Source: a virus
Direction: 5' to 3' (one strand)
DNA: 45,147 nucleotides
Virus record (IMG/VR): IMGVR_UViG_3300010311_000419
In this document: positions 44,960 through 45,147 of the stretch, piece after piece
How the letters are laid out: the number at the start of each line of letters is the position of its first letter
Numbering within the stretch: position 1 is the first letter of the stretch
The notes under the pieces: generated by a model
Told to the model about the DNA's origin: nothing
Databases searched by the model: none
Seen by the model: only the letters and a program-made list of their open reading frames with translations
Position numbers and translations under genes: made by a program

Positions 44960-45147
44960 TCACCCCTTCTTCTCCGTAACGAGGACAGTCACATTCACAA
45001 CGCGGCCGTCCAGAGCGTTAAGTTTCGCGTTAATTGCGTCGATCTGTTCTTTAGCTGATGAGCTGACCGCCGAGAAAGTGCTTTTAGCGTTCGTTTCAAA
45101 CTGTCCGAAGGTCTTCTCGTTCACTTGCCCAATCTCGGTGTTGATAA
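44960..45147 (-). CDS. 3' end of the junction-spanning repeat protein (same gene as 1..1546)
   Basis: Hand translation continues in frame from base 1 through 45066 to a TGA at 44960-44962, five bases upstream of the next ATG at 44955. Confidence 0.45.
   Translation of the reverse strand, partial: INTEIGQVNEKTFGQFETNAKSTFSAVSSSAKEQIDAINAKLNALDGRVVNVTVLVTEKKG
45067..45147. repeat. Second copy of the 81-bp terminal direct repeat
   Basis: Exact match to 1..81. Confidence 0.9.

Overview
The window appears to be a complete, circularly closed ~45.07-kb genome of a temperate-type siphovirus: bases 1-81 are identical to 45067-45147, and one minus-strand gene runs across that junction. Nearly all genes are on the minus strand. 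From a divergent cI-like/cro-like switch (26.0-26.5 kb) an early arm runs leftwards through small ORFs, a YqaJ-exonuclease/RecT pair, a replication initiator with an embedded iteron/inverted-repeat origin, RusA, SSB, a DnaN sliding clamp, a Nudix hydrolase and a candidate Q-like late regulator. A consensus promoter plus intrinsic terminator then precedes the late arm: ParB-methyltransferase, TerS, TerL, portal, MuF-like protein, two glycosyltransferases, scaffold, decoration and major capsid proteins, connectors, major tail protein, tape measure, a long tail/baseplate/fibre block, and an XkdX/XhlA-like lysis-proximal cassette with no recognisable endolysin. XkdX/XhlA-like genes and strong GGAGG ribosome-binding sites suggest a Bacillota host. 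The standout feature is the accessory island between the repressor and an N-terminally truncated serine integrase (26.6-32.3 kb). It carries a compact IscB-type RNA-guided nuclease (PLMP, RuvC-I, bridge helix, HNH, RuvC-III motifs, ~451 aa), a hairpin-rich omega-RNA-like scaffold upstream of it, and a three-repeat, two-spacer CRISPR-like mini-array. Flanking it are a PAPS-reductase-like protein, a PD-(D/E)xK nuclease and a second ParB-methyltransferase. All functional calls rest on motifs read by eye; no database search was run. Hand-derived coordinates may be off by 1-2 nt.
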